From the NCBI RefSeq assembly GCF_004010195.1, contig NC_057718.1, positions 12,683,628 through 12,733,445 of the forward strand: a DNA stretch of 49,818 nucleotides, in the 5' to 3' direction. Below the pieces are notes generated by a model, which was given only the letters and a program-made list of their open reading frames with translations, had not been told where the DNA came from and did not search any database. The translations under genes were made by a program, and so were the position numbers. Source of the DNA: Chiloscyllium plagiosum. Lineage: Eukaryota. Shown in pieces: positions 34,930-47,545 of the stretch (positions within the stretch are counted from its first letter, which is position 1; every line of letters starts with the position of its first letter).

Positions 34930-36205
34930 TTAGACAGATTAGGAGAGTGGACAAAGTAGTGGCAGATAGAGTACAATGTGGGAAAGTGTGAGGTCATGTA
35001 TCTTGGTAGGAAGCCACAGTGTTATACTGGGGTGGACAAATGAAAAATGACACAACATGTCATATAACCAGGTGTTGTGTGATTTTTAAAGTGGTAGGAA
35101 GAATAGAGGCAAGGTGCAAGCATGGATAGAAGCCTGGCTGTCGAGCAGAAAGCCAAGACTGGGGATTAAAGAGTCCTTCTCAGGATGGCAGTCAGTGACA
35201 AGTGATGTTCTGCAAGGCTCAGCTTTGGAACCACAACTTTTCACTTCATACATTAACGACTAGATGAAGGAATTGGGGTATTCTGACTAAATTTGCAGAT
35301 CTTACAAAGACAGGTAGAGGGACAGGTAGCATTGAGGAGGCAGGGAGGCTGCAGAAGGATTTAGACAGTTAGGAGAGTGGGCAAAGAAGTGGCAGATGGA
35401 ATACAACATGAGAAAGTGTGAGGTGATGCACATTGGTAGGAAGAATAGAGGAATGGTCTATTTTCTAAATGGGAAGAAAATTCAGAAGTCTGAAATGCAA
35501 AGAGTCTTGGGGGTTCTAGTCCAGGACTCCCTCAAGGTGAACTTGCAGGCTGAGTCAGTAGTTAGGAAGATCAATACAATGATGTATTTATTTTGAAAGG
35601 ACTTGAATATAAAAGCAGGGATGTACTTCTGAGGCTCTATTAGGCTCTGCTCAGGCCTCATTTGGGGTATTGTGTGCAGTTTTGGGCCCCATATCTCAGG
35701 AGACTGGTCCTGGAGCATGTTCAGAGGAGATTCATAAGAATGGTCCCAGGAATGAACAGCTTAACATATGAGGAATGTTTGAGGACTCTGGGTCTATATT
35801 TGATGGAGTTTAGAAGGGTTCAGGATTCTAACTGATACTTAAAGAATACTGAATGGCTTGGACAGAGTGAATGTTGGGAAGCTGTTTCCATTGGTAGGAG
35901 AAACTAGGACCAGAGAGCACTGCCCTAGAGTAAAGGGAAGACCTTTTAGAATGGAGATAAGGAGAAACTTCTTCAGCCAGAGAGTGGTGAATCTATAGAA
36001 TTCACAGCCACAGAAGGCTGTGGAGGCTCGGTCAATGACTAATTTTAAGACAGACTTAGATAGATTCTTGATTGTAAATGGGATCAAGGGTTACAGAGAG
36101 AAAGCGGGAGAATGGGGTTGAGAAACTTATCAGCCATGATTAAATAGTGGAGCAGACTTGATGGGCTGAATGGCCTAATTTCTACTCCTATATCTTATGG
36201 TCTCA
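34930..36205 (+). mobile_element. CR1-type LINE, RT C-terminus to 3' end, decayed
   Basis: KFAD motif ~35289, EYNMRKCEVMHIGRKN, LGYCVQFWAP; 3' tail gggctgaatggccta..cttatggtctcatgg. Confidence 0.9.
35014..35091. mobile_element. Minimal deletion derivative of the 6017/33656 family
   Basis: Retains both ends (actggggtggacaaa..cacaaca / ggtgttgtgtgatttttaa); duplication tggtaggaag at 35004-35013 and 35092-35101. Confidence 0.65.
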
Positions 36206-36747
36206 TGGTTTTAGGTATGACCATGGTATTATAAAGTAGAATGAGCCAACGCTTGTTTCCACAAGAGGCTTCTGAATTGTGCTAATATGAAAAGAACCCA
36301 ATTTATCAAGGAATGCTCTAACATACTTCAAAGACACTGCACAATTATTATAACACTGCACCAAATACACTGCATTATTGTTGCGTGAAGATGTCATTCC
36401 CCCTTAAAGACACAAAGCTGAGACGATTTATCTTTGAACAGTTTATCAAGTGAATTACTCCACTGTTTTAACCCACAAGCCACCTGCTTATTCATCACTG
36501 TTGTTTGTGGGATTGTCTTAGGTACAAAATGGTTGTCACAACAGCCTGCACAATGGTTATGAGAAAAAAAACTAATTGTATGTGAATAACTTTGAGACTA
36601 AAATGTCAGGATTCTTAATTTCTGACATTAAACTCTGTGTATCAGAACAGGGTAATTTCATCTAGGTAAGATGATTTATCTACGTTTAAGGATGCTAATC
36701 AACCTTGTTTCCTCACTCATCTTAATCCGAATTGATGTTTCACACTT

Positions 36748-37385
36748 TTTAAGTTTTATTCATTCTTTAATGTGATGTGGGTGTCACTGAAAAGGCCAGC
36801 ATTTGTTGTCAATCTCTAATTGCCTTTGAACTGGGAGGCTTTTTATGTCATTTTAGAGTGCAGTTAAGACTCAATCACATTGCTGTGGCTCTGAGGTCAC
36901 ATGCAGACCAGACCAGGTAAAGATCATGGATTTCCTTTCTGGAAGAACATTACTGAGAAAAAAAAGCATTTGTCATAGATTTACATCATGGACTGATCAG
37001 GACAATTCACAAGAATATTGGTTCAAACCAACATGTAAACAGCATAAAATGAAAGTGTTGATTGGCTGACAAGTTCATTGATTGTCAACTAATCAGCACT
37101 CTCCTCTTATGGTGCATCAGTTGGTTTTCCCCTAAAATTGGTATTCTTCCAAATAGTCCTGAGTTGTGCAAAATGAAAGCTTCAATAAATGTTTCAGCAA
37201 TATTCAATTTCTGTATTACCAAATGACTATAAGACCCAGGTAGGTTTTCAGTAAAATTAACAATGGTTAAGACTAACTTTATATTCCACATTTATTAATT
37301 GAATTTAATTTGCACTATCTGCCATGGTGGTATTATGAACCTGTGTCCCAGGACTAAAGATCCAGTGATACTGCCACTGCTCCAA
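36748..37385 (-). mobile_element. Second-family SINE interrupted by an inverted-repeat element (~36985-37230)
   Basis: Reverse complement of the 38338 family on both sides of the insert. Confidence 0.55.
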
Positions 37386-37534
37386 CTCCAGAACTACTCT
37401 AGATCTACCTGATTCATGATTACCACTGATAAAATACTGGACCAGATGCTACTTCTACTTACTAAAACTAAAGAAAAAATAGCCCTTCTGTCATTGAGCT
37501 TACCAATACAAGCTCAATAATAAAGAACATAAAT

Positions 37535-37665
37535 ATCGCTGTAAGGAGAATAGATGTTGAAGCTTTTCCTCTTACACTCATCACATCCAGAATGTGATGT
37601 GTATTCTAGTTCTGATGAGTGCAAGATAAATTGCTTCAATTTCTAGTCTCCTTTTAGCAATGTTT
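37535..37665. repeat. Short fold-back repeat with degenerate hammerhead-like cores
   Basis: ttgaagcttttcctcttacactcatca versus ctgatgagtgcaagataaattgcttcaa (inverted). Confidence 0.45.
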
Positions 37666-38337
37666 AACTATAAGCTCCTGAATGGATGTTATGAGTTCTG
37701 CATCTTTATACTAAATTATCTCAATTCTTAATAGATAACTGAAATGCTTGACTATTACTTCTGTTTTCTTCCCGTGCCTCTCATTTCCTCTCATTTCCTG
37801 AATATTTGCTCTTCTATCTCACTTTGAAAGTCTGGTGGTCTACCGTACACTCACAGCGGTTTGACTGTTCACTTCAGTTTGACTGTTCATTTTTATTCTT
37901 CAGTTTGTATGACTTGATTTGATTCTCCTCCTGGCATATCACCCCCTTCACAACTCAAGCAAGGTTGTGATTCCCTCCCAGTTGTTTTTTTTTTAACTCC
38001 TTGTCTCAAACCCTGAGGTTAGGGACAACTTGCACCTGTAGGGCTGGAGGGTAATCAGGACAAGGAAATGGATAGATCAAAATTGGATGGTGACTAAAAT
38101 CAAGAGAAAAAGATGGTTTTCAAAAAAAGTTTATGAAGGAGAGGAAACTGATAGTAACCTGAAAGCGCATATGGAGAGTGTTTAGGGTCAAAATGGCTGA
38201 GGTTTTCTGCAACTTAAAGTGAAGCAGACAGAAGGAGGTTGTGAATAAGTTCAATGTGGGGGGCAGGGGTTTGTAAGTGAACTTGGGTTGAATGATTTGT
38301 GATGTTACAATGACTAGTTTCAAAGATATTAGGAGCG

Positions 38338-38695
38338 GGAGGTGATGGCATGGTGGTATTATTACTGACTGTTAATCCATAGACCCAGGTAATGTTCTGG
38401 GTTCAAGGACTTGAGTCCCACCACAGTGGGTGGTGGAAATTTAAATTCAATAAAAATCTTGAATTAAAAGTCTAATAATGGCCATGAAACCATTGTTGAT
38501 TGTCCGAAAGCATCTCTGGTTCAGTAATGTCTTTTAGGGATGGAAACTGCCATCCTAACCTGGATGACTGACATATGGCTCCATACCTACAGCAATCTGG
38601 TTGACTCTTAACTACCCTCTGGGCAATTAGGAATGGGCAATAAATGCTGGCCTAGCGAGCAACGCCCTCATCCTGTGAATGAATTTTTTAAAAAG
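38338..38695 (+). mobile_element. Second shark SINE family, near full length
   Basis: tRNA-like head (tggcatggtgg..gggttcaa); tail gggcaataaatgctggcctagc..gaatgaat. Confidence 0.7.
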
Positions 38696-39124
38696 GTGGG
38701 AATCTGACCTGAATAGAGAGAGCCATTTATGATATTAAACAATGCACAATCAATTGTAATTGGGGAGCTGAGTTGAAGGATGTCAAGGGCACAGGAGGGG
38801 TGGGAGAGATGTGTTAAAACTGTATCACAGGTTGAGACCTGGGAAGTAGATGAGAGAGATGTCAACAAGGAAATGGTCTTGATCTTTGGTTAAAATGAAA
38901 TCCATGAGCAACTCACACTAGGTAGTTCAGGAAGCTGGTGTCAGCTGAGCCATTTTGCTTTTGAGCAGAAAAGCCAGTGCTTGTCGTTATGCCCTGTGAG
39001 TTGTGTTTTCTCCTGGTACTAATGTCAGTTATCATTTGCAATTCAATCGAGTTCCTGTACCAAGTAGTTCAAATAGTTACAGTTCAGGAGAGATGCAATG
39101 CATTTATTGAATGTGTTTTCCCCA

Positions 39125-39441
39125 TAGATTAGATTACTTACAGTGTGGAAACAGGCCCTTCGGCCCAACAAGTCCACACCGCCCCGCCGAAGCGCAATCC
39201 ACCCATACCCCTACCCCTGCATTTACCCCTTACCTAACACTTTGGGCAATTTAGCATGGCCAATTCACCTGACCTGCACATCTTTTGGATTGTGGGAGGA
39301 AACCGGAGCACCCGGAGGAAACCCACGCAGACACGGGGAGAATGTGCAAACTCCACACAGTCAGTCGCCTGAGGCGGGAATTGAACCCTGGTCTCTGGCG
39401 CAGTGAGGCAGCAGTGCTAACCACTGTGCTACCGTGCCACC
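39125..39441 (-). mobile_element. tRNA-derived shark SINE (HE1-like), full length
   Basis: A box TAGCACAGTGG, B box GGTTCAATTCC, (AATCT)n tail, cccata duplicated at both ends. Confidence 0.88.
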
Positions 39442-39899
39442 CATAAGAACTCCCAACTTGCATATCCATTTTGAGTTACACTTATGAACCTAATGAAGGA
39501 ACCTCTAAACAGATTGCTTTGAAGCATTGAATGTTTAATGACTTATTTCTTTGGGGTGAGATGTAATCCTGAATATAGGGAAAGTAAATGACAAGGTCAA
39601 ATTGGAAGCCTCTTCAGTTATAATAGCTGAGTAACAGAAACCATTTCCAAAAGTTCTCAAAATTTACCAGTGTGAATCCTACAAGTGTACACTCATTTTA
39701 GAAACATTTCATTCATCAAACTGAGTGTGCAATCTCAGTTACACAAACATGGGAATAGAAGTTTCAAAGTAATATTATGGATGAGTGATCCAGAAGTTAT
39801 CATTAATTACTTCAGATCATACCATATCAGTGGAAGGGAATTAAACTCAACTAATTAATACATTAGAAATAAAGTACTCAGTCTCATTAATATGCTGCA

Positions 39900-40000
39900 A
39901 CAAACACAGACAATGCTGGAGAAATTCAACAGGTCTGGCAGCATTTGCAGAGAGAGAAACAGAGTTAACATTTCGAGTCCAGTGATCCATCTTTCAACAG
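39900..40000 (+). mobile_element. Penelope-like terminal repeat fragment
   Basis: Same family as 1-90. Confidence 0.55.
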
Positions 40001-40514
40001 AATGTACACTCAAAATCAGTTTGGGTAAAAAGTTAGTCTCATTTGATACTCTTAATGTGATATAACAGAAGTTGCATTTAAAATAAAAACTTAAGCATAA
40101 TAATAACAGAGCTTTAAAACTCTGGGCTATAAAATGTGAACTGCATTGAGACCTAACTGAATAGAATAGTGAATCACTTGTGAGTACAATAGCTTGCAAT
40201 TAAGAGTAGACAGCTGGATGGAAGGAGTAGGTCTGTAGTCGCAACCCTTAATTAAGACCGTGCTACTTCTCAATTACTGCTTAAATACAAAAATAAAGAC
40301 GTAGTGAGCTATTTTGTAATGAGAATCAGGCAGCTGCATAACTATGCTTAAAGATATTTACAATGAACAGGTGCCCAGAGAGCTAAGGATGTGTTCGTCC
40401 TCCTTATTGTAGAGTGCTCTCAAGAATGTACTCCTGCACTGAACCAACTAACAAAGGCCAGCTAATGTTAATTCTTCCTTCCACATTGATTACGTAGTAT
40501 TATGTAGTACTATA

Positions 40515-40920
40515 TTGTAGCTACAGCACAGAAACAAGGTTTTCGGCCGAACAGTCCTATCAGGTGTTTTCAAATAAAACACCTCCCACTCTTCCTTAAC
40601 TTACTTCTATCAATATATCTTTCTATTCTTTTTCCTTCATATCTTTATCCAGCTTTCCCTTAAAAGCATTTTACCTCAACTCCTCCTTGTGGTAGCGAAT
40701 TCCATATTCTAACCATTTACTGAGCAAAGAAATTTCTGCTGAGATACTCATTGGATTTATTAGTAATTCATTTCTATTTATTTCCATGTATTTCTAGTTC
40801 TGGCTTTTCCAGCAAGTGAAAACATTTCCTTTAAATCTACACTGTCAACCCTCTCATAAACTTCAATACCTCATCACTTTTTACTGGCGAATGTCGCCTA
40901 CTCAATTTAGTCTTTCCTGA
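40515..40920 (-). mobile_element. Old CR1-type 3' fragment
   Basis: tacagcacagaaacaagg..ccttgtggtagcgaattccatattctaaccat. Confidence 0.55.
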
Positions 40921-41659
40921 TTAGAAATAAACTATTTAATTAGATTATTTTAGAAGTTCAGTTTTTACCTGTGGATATGGATTGAAAAACTGCACATCAA
41001 TGCCTTTATTATGCACTCATCTGTAAAAATGATTGGAGAATGTTTGCAGTTAAGGGGAGCACTCAACAGTAGACACTTGTGTGTAGTGTTTGTACATTTG
41101 CCAACTTTCAGCAATTCTCGATATTTGAATAATGGCAACTGTAATGATTCCGACAATGTGAAACTTTGAAATAAATTGGCATCCATCCCAAGCTGTGAAT
41201 TCTACTCCAATAAACTTAATTGCCTACTCAAATACAATTTGTTACTGCTATTGTGGCATCAAATAACACTATCTTCAAACATTGAGGGAATACAATTCTA
41301 AACTAGCCATTGGTACATGAGTCAAATTAATAAGTATTGGTGCCAGTACCCAGCCTAGATAAATGGGGAGGGTTAACAGCAAGAAGGATATGTAGATGTA
41401 AAACCACTCCAAATGAAAAAAATGAAAATTGAAATGAAAATAATGAACCAGAATCATGGTGACATGCAATATGACAAAGAAAATCAAAAGCACAACCATT
41501 GAGGGTAAACTGTTTTGAGCTAACATATTTGTTTTCCGGAAGGCACATGGTCAGTTTTAGTGAAAATGTATTTCAGAAAATGCAGTTCTCAAAAAAATAT
41601 TTTTAAACATTATTTCTAATTAATGTAGAGCAGAGAGTTTTCAGCAATTTGCAATTATT

Positions 41660-41920
41660 GTGCCTCAGATCCCTAATCCAGGCTGGTATTTCAATGCAAC
41701 ACTGGCAGAGGTGTTATCTTTTGTTGGGACATGATTCAAACAAAATCCCTCAATAGTGAATATAAAGGTTTCCTCTGCGTACTTATTTGAAAGAAACAGG
41801 TCAGTTCTTCCAGTGTTTGGAAAATATCCATAACACTAATCAAACCAATTATCTACTGATTGATGATAGTTATTTGTAGCATCCCTACCATCTGTTAATT
41901 GGCTGCTGTTGTCTTCCTTC
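41660..41920 (+). mobile_element. Degenerate Deu-SINE
   Basis: gcaacactggcagaggtgttatcttt..gaaagaaacagg..gttcttccagtgtttgg. Confidence 0.4.
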
Positions 41921-44377
41921 ATTTTACTACTAACAACCCATCTAAGATACCTAGTTGGCTGTGTGGTGCATTTGGGGTATCCCAAGGTTTGAAGAGTACT
42001 AGATAAATGGAACAATATTATTTTGTATACGGTGCTCCAGTGTAAAATAATTCTTAAACATATTATCATAAAGAAAAGAGTGTAGCTGGCACTGAAGCAG
42101 ATAATTGGAGAAGCTTTGCTTACAAAACTGAAGCGTGGACAAAGAAGGTGGCAAGGTGGAACCAAATGAACAGTCCTCCAAGAGTGTAATGGAGAAAATG
42201 AGAAAAGTCCAAAGTGCAGGGTGTCTGTGGATAGAATAATGAGCTAATGTGGAGACATGGCACAGAGTGAAAACAAGAATGAGAATTTTGATTTAAACAT
42301 ACTGAGAAATTTCAGTCTACGGAGGACAGGTAAGGGCAATGAGGAGTTAAGAGCTAGTGAGGAAAGTTTCTGCGGTGTTTTGGATGAGTTAAAACCAAGC
42401 AACTGTTTCAGAAATGATCTTGAAGTTCAAACCTCAAGGCAAGTGAAGGGATGATCGCTAGTCTCATGAAATACAGGGGTAAGAGGCAGCGACGAGCTGT
42501 AAGGGGGAGGAGCAAAAGCAGTTTTAGGAGCAGCAGCCAAACCAGAAGGAGAACACTTAACTTGGGAATAAAAAGGTCTCTGACATTTTACTTTTCCTGA
42601 CATAGTTTGAGATCAGACCTGGGGAGGATAATTAGCAGCTATAGGTTAATAATGGAAAGGGGTAAAATACAGGGAAGTGTTGCCAGGATTTAAAAGGATG
42701 ACATTGGTCTTGTAAAAAAGAAATTGAGAAATAGTTTGGCTCAGCGTCTGTTCCCATTACATCCGTCATAGTCCTTTGCTAAATGCCAAATGGTTACTAT
42801 GCAAACTAATCTTCACTAAACATCAATATATTGAGTCTTTAAGCAAAATATTGTCTTGAATTTTAAAAAGCTGTAAAATGAATAAAATAGGAAGTTTCAG
42901 CTACTGAAGTGAAAGTATTTGACAAGACCATTTTAACTTCACTTTCAGTTCAACCTGAAAGACTCAAACTGGCCACATCCCTTGTGTTTAATAATCTGAA
43001 AGTGAAACCAGTGACCCTCAAATTGCATTTTATTTGTTTCATCAGTAATTTGAATTCACTGGTTGGAATTTAAGTTTAGTCACACTGAAGAGTTTGCAAG
43101 TACTTCTTCCAGAATAGCCTAGTAACATAATAAATCGCCTTTATTTTTAAAGACTTACGAGAGCTGAGGTTCACATGTCGGTCAAACAATTACCAATTGC
43201 ACTTAAACTTCCCATAAGGAAAATGTTTGTTGGTTTTGACTTAGTCCTTAGTTTATGGAGCATGAATGATAGGATAGGGTGGGATGGAGAGGAAGGAATC
43301 TGAAGACTGGCAGAAGCTCTGTACCTTCCTGTTTGACCAAGCATCATTCAGCAATATTTATGAAATTATCTGCAAACCCTCCCATTCCACTTTCCTAAGA
43401 ATAGCACAGATACAAAGGACATAATTTTAGTGTGGTGTTGGATTGGGATTGGAGGTGGGGGGATAATGGAGATTGTAGAAACTGTGAAAAGGGGAAGAAG
43501 GGAAAGACTACAACACCTTTTTGATCATGACAAAAAGAGTGATCATGTTCTAGCCAAAACTCAAATCCTGTTTACACTGGAAAGTAGAAATACAGCTGGT
43601 ATACATTCAAGTCAAAGCCACTAATCACAAGTGCACAACACAGTCCATTTAAACAGGAAAACCTCCTTATATAAAGAAATAAAACATTAGGTCAACACAA
43701 GTTCATAGGTCAAAAATTCCCAGTGTAAACAAAAAACAACTCTAGCAAACAGCCTATCCCTTCATCAAATATTACTTTATTTCAAAATACAAAAAAAACT
43801 CCATGTATGTTATTACTTTGAATGGCCTTCACTCAGGCCAATATTACCCTCCAAATGAAAACAGTACAACTGCCTACACTTCTTCCTTCCAGCTTTGGTA
43901 CAATTCAACTTTGCATCTTAATTTCTAATTTCTGAGACATTTGGATATACAAAGCCAATAAAATGCCCTCCACTGGGAATGAATGCAGAGTGGAAAAGAA
44001 TGTCACATGAGGGATTTCTAAATTATATTCTTGTTTCATGCTTTGTAGAATTTCTCATTTTGGATACCAAAAACACAATAGAGCTCATTTTAACACTGGG
44101 TGCTCATGCAGAATGGACTGTTTTTGATTCAAATATACATCTCTCCTGATTTCATTCAATTCAATTGATGAAACAAAAAATGATGAGAGGTGTATAATGT
44201 ATATCATCCAAAGACAAGGTTACTTAGAATGTTGCCAAAGTTAGCTTTAAGGAGGGTTGCAAAATTTTGGTTCATTGCAAGTTTTCACTTTGGCTATATG
44301 GAATGCAGGTGGAGATGGGGTAAGTGAGTGGGAAAGAAACAGTAGCTAAACATCTCAATTTAAACACAATCCACATT

Positions 44378-44750
44378 GGATGTAAGTTGCTCGCTGAGCT
44401 GGCAGGGTCATTTTCAGACATTTCATCATCATACTAGATAATATTATCAGTGAGCCACGGATGAAGCACAGCTGGTATGTGTTTAGGTTTCCTTGGGTTG
44501 GTGATGTCATTTCCTGTGGTGATGTCATTTCTTGTTATTTTTCTCAGGGGGTGGTAAATGGGATCCAAGTCAACGTGTTTGTTGATAGAGTTCCAGTCGG
44601 AGTGCCATGTTTCTAGGAATTCTCGCATGTGTCTCTGTTTGGCTTGTCCTAGGATGGATGTGTTGTCTCAGTCGAAGTGGTGTCCTTTCTCACCTGTATT
44701 TAAGGATACTAGTGAGAGTGGGTGCTGTCTCTTTGTGGCTCGTTGATGCT
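44378..44750 (-). mobile_element. Penelope-like element 3' end (GIY-YIG C-terminus and terminal repeat)
   Basis: Minus strand HQRATKR..GHHFD..ILGQAKQRHMREFLETWHS..SINKHVDLDPIY; terminus shared with the 23742 element; hammerhead decayed (CUGAUAA). Confidence 0.8.
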
Positions 44751-45039
44751 AAGGGTATCACAGAATTGTTACCATGCAGAAGGAGGCCATTCAGCCCACT
44801 ATGTCTGCGTCAGCTCTTTGAGCATTTTGACTTAGTGCCAATCTTGTGCCTTTTCTCAGTAACCCTGCAGATTGTTTCCATTTAATTCAACACTAGGATA
44901 GGCAAGTATTTATAACAAGTTTATTCTGGAGTATTCAGTTGAACGAGGAATAGTTGAGTGGACAGAATGTTGGGGAGAGGCAGACAATTTGGTTCTCAAT
45001 ACCAAAGGCACTGATAACATAGAACATGGCAGAACATCA

Positions 45040-45704
45040 AAAAATTATAATCAATTTCATTTATTTAGAAAAAATATTTATAAAACACTTCTCTTCAGTA
45101 ACAAAAAAAAACAATACAAACAACTCCAATAATTTTTGCACCTGTTTCTATAAATACGATTATGTACAAAATATAGACATAGAACCGAAGTGCCTTTTTA
45201 CATATTTACCAAATTTTTAAATTATGTGTAATGAACTTCAAGAACCACCGACTGCACAAATACGTTTCAAAAATATTTCAATGCTTGAAACAATACTAAT
45301 TTTTGTTTTCCTTCTCCACTCCTGATCAATTAGAAAACATTTGCTGTTCCAAAAAAGGCATCAGAGGCAATTTTTGCATCTTCAGTACAAGAATATTGTC
45401 TTTTCCTGCTGATGAGTTTACACCCAGGGCAGGGCAGGGCAGGCTTTCTAGTCAGGGCTTTAAGTTCATGTGGAGAAGACAGGAAGCAACTGTTTGTCGG
45501 TAGTGCAATAGAACTTTCTTCTTCCAGAAAGCCAACAAAAGACAGTGCAACAGGCATCCGTGAATTCCAGGTCCTGGCTTACTGTCTTGTCCATCGAGTC
45601 TTCTTGCCAATTTCAGCAGAGAACCAGTTCATTCTGAGCAGCAGTTAACTGAAGCAAATCTCTTCTTGGCAAGGCAATTATCTTTGCATTGTGGCACTTC
45701 CTAT
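45040..45704 (-). other. dll1: dll1 3'UTR (end approximate)
   Basis: Follows the stop codon. AATAAA on minus at 45060-45065; AU-rich distal block resembling the mammalian DLL1 3'UTR as I recall it. Confidence 0.75.
45060..45065 (-). promoter_or_regulatory. Polyadenylation signal of dll1
   Basis: Plus-strand tttatt = AATAAA at the end of the AU-rich 3'UTR block. Confidence 0.7.
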
Positions 45705-45710
45705 TCACAC
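45705..45710 (-). CDS. dll1: Delta-like 1, coding part of last exon (Val + TGA stop), completing the ATEV PDZ-binding motif
   Basis: ttctcctcag|GTG TGA; same split-ATEV architecture as tetrapod DLL1. Confidence 0.93.
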   Translation of the reverse strand: M

Positions 45711-45862
45711 CTGAGGAGAAACCAAGCAGAACTACCATCAGTCTACATGCAATCACTGTGAAAAGGGAGTTTTCTACACTCCTGCAACTGTTGACAAATA
45801 TTAGACATCCTCACTCGTGAAAAAAGGTGAAAAGGGAGAGGGAAATGAAACAAAGTACAAAC

Positions 45863-45977
45863 CTCAGTTGCTATTATACATTCATCCTTCTCTTCAGATA
45901 TGACATACACTGACTGGTACTTGGTATCTTTTGACGCAGAGTATGTAGACTCTGGCCGCTTTCTTTCTGAGGGTTCA
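45863..45977 (-). CDS. dll1: Delta-like 1, exon 10 equivalent
   Basis: 115 bp, aatag/[45 protein letters not shown], the DLL1-type rather than DLL4-type tail. Confidence 0.95.
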
Positions 45978-46094
45978 CTATTGGATTGAAATAAAAACAA
46001 GAGTTAGGTTGGTAGGCAGTTGACTGGAAAACCCAGATAACAGCAGCATTTCATATTTACAATACCAAACAAATAGGCTGATTTACTTAATTAC

Positions 46095-46887
46095 CCATTA
46101 TGCTGTGTTGCACTTATTTGCTCTGCTTCTGGGGTATTAGCATCTCCCCGTTCATTTTCAGCTTTAATTAAGTCTTCATTCTTTAATTCGTGCACCAGAT
46201 TATAATCCACTGAAGGGTATTTGACCCTGTAGCCATTTCTTTCAGTAGAGCTGTCACATTGCAAGTCTACTTTCTTGTTGGTGTTTTTGATTTGAGTGGC
46301 TGCAATAATGCTGATAGAGATGTCTTTCTCGCGGTGGCAGTCTGTGAGATTGTTCATTGTCTCCATCTCACTCTTGGAGATGTCAGGCTGCTGCTGCTGG
46401 CCCTTCTGCAGCTTTACTCGCACACAGACGATGACTGCCGCACACCCCAGGAGCAGCATCAGAACCAAGATAACCCCAGCGCATACAGCTACCCACGGAA
46501 ACTGCCCCTTGTTCTCAGCTTCTGTGTATTTATCCTTAACATCGATGACAACGGTTTGACCCTGAGGCTGCTCTGGCAGCAAGAACTGGCAGTTAAGTCC
46601 ACCATATCCACGGGAGCACTGGCAGACATAGTGGCTGTTTCTCTCATGGCACGTTGCACCGTTGTGGCAAGGATTATTTGCACATATACTGATGAGGATG
46701 CTGCAATTCTTTCCACTAAATCCAGATGGGCAAATGCAGGTGTGGTCATTAACTCCATCCTGACATGTCCCACCATTAAGGCAGGGCATGCTTGCGCAGT
46801 TGTCTGCATCGATGTCACAGTTTCTCCCTGTGAATCCAGCACGACATTGGCATATGTAGGAATTCCCAATGTCCACGCACTGGGCAC
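46095..46887 (-). CDS. dll1: Delta-like 1, exon 9 equivalent (last EGF repeats, transmembrane helix, most of intracellular domain)
   Basis: 793 bp, ctcag/GTAATT. EGF repeats, [29 protein letters not shown], intracellular motifs ETMNNL, IKNTNKK and [10 protein letters not shown]. Confidence 0.97.
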
Positions 46888-46954
46888 CTGAGCAAGAACA
46901 GAGGAAAATAAAAAGTTAAGCTTCAGGTCTATAATAGTGCTTTTTACAACAACA

Positions 46955-47240
46955 AAACCTTGCACTTATAATACTCCTTTAAATCAGTACAATGTCGACA
47001 GGCATTTCATGGGAATGTAACCAAGGCAAAGTTTGTCACAGAACCAGAGACATATTAAAGCGATTGACCAACAGACTTAATGAAAGAGGAAGGTGTTAAG
47101 GAGCAAGAGGTAGGCAGGTTTAGTAAGAGAATCCAGAGCTTAGGAGCTAGACAGCTGAAGTTAAGACTACCAATGGACTAGCATTTAAACCAAAGGCTAA
47201 AATTGGAGGCGTACAGAGGTTTCTGGGCAGGAAAAGATGA
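46955..47240 (-). mobile_element. Old LINE (L2-like) 3' fragment in dll1 intron 8
   Basis: Purine-rich motifs (ggtttagtaagagaatccagagcttagg..cagctgaag) typical of a reversed shark L2 3' end. Confidence 0.4.
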
Positions 47241-47328
47241 TAAAGATGGCCAAAAGGTGAGGACTAAGGCCATGAAAGGAGTTGGTCATAATCCTAATAT
47301 TTATCCGCATGTTTATATTACTGCTCAC

Positions 47329-47545
47329 CATTGGTGCATGGGTCAGAACTGCAGTGATCAATTTTCTTCTCACAGTTGAATCCGGAGTAACTAGCAGGGC
47401 AATGGCAGCTGTAGCCCCCAGTCGGTTTGTCTGTGCATCTTCCTCCATTGAAGCAGGGCCCATCTGCACACGTCATGGCACTCAGCTCACAGTTCCGACC
47501 AAGGAAGCCTGGTGCACAGGTACAAGTGTAGTGGTTCTCCAGATC
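47329..47545 (-). CDS. dll1: Delta-like 1, exon 8 equivalent (EGF repeats)
   Basis: 217 bp, cttag/[77 protein letters not shown]. Confidence 0.96.

Noticed and set aside
46259..46965. Long ORFs 46259-46891(+), 46296-46559(+) and 46489-46965(-)
   Set aside because: Antisense or alternative-frame shadows of dll1 exon 9; no independent protein features.
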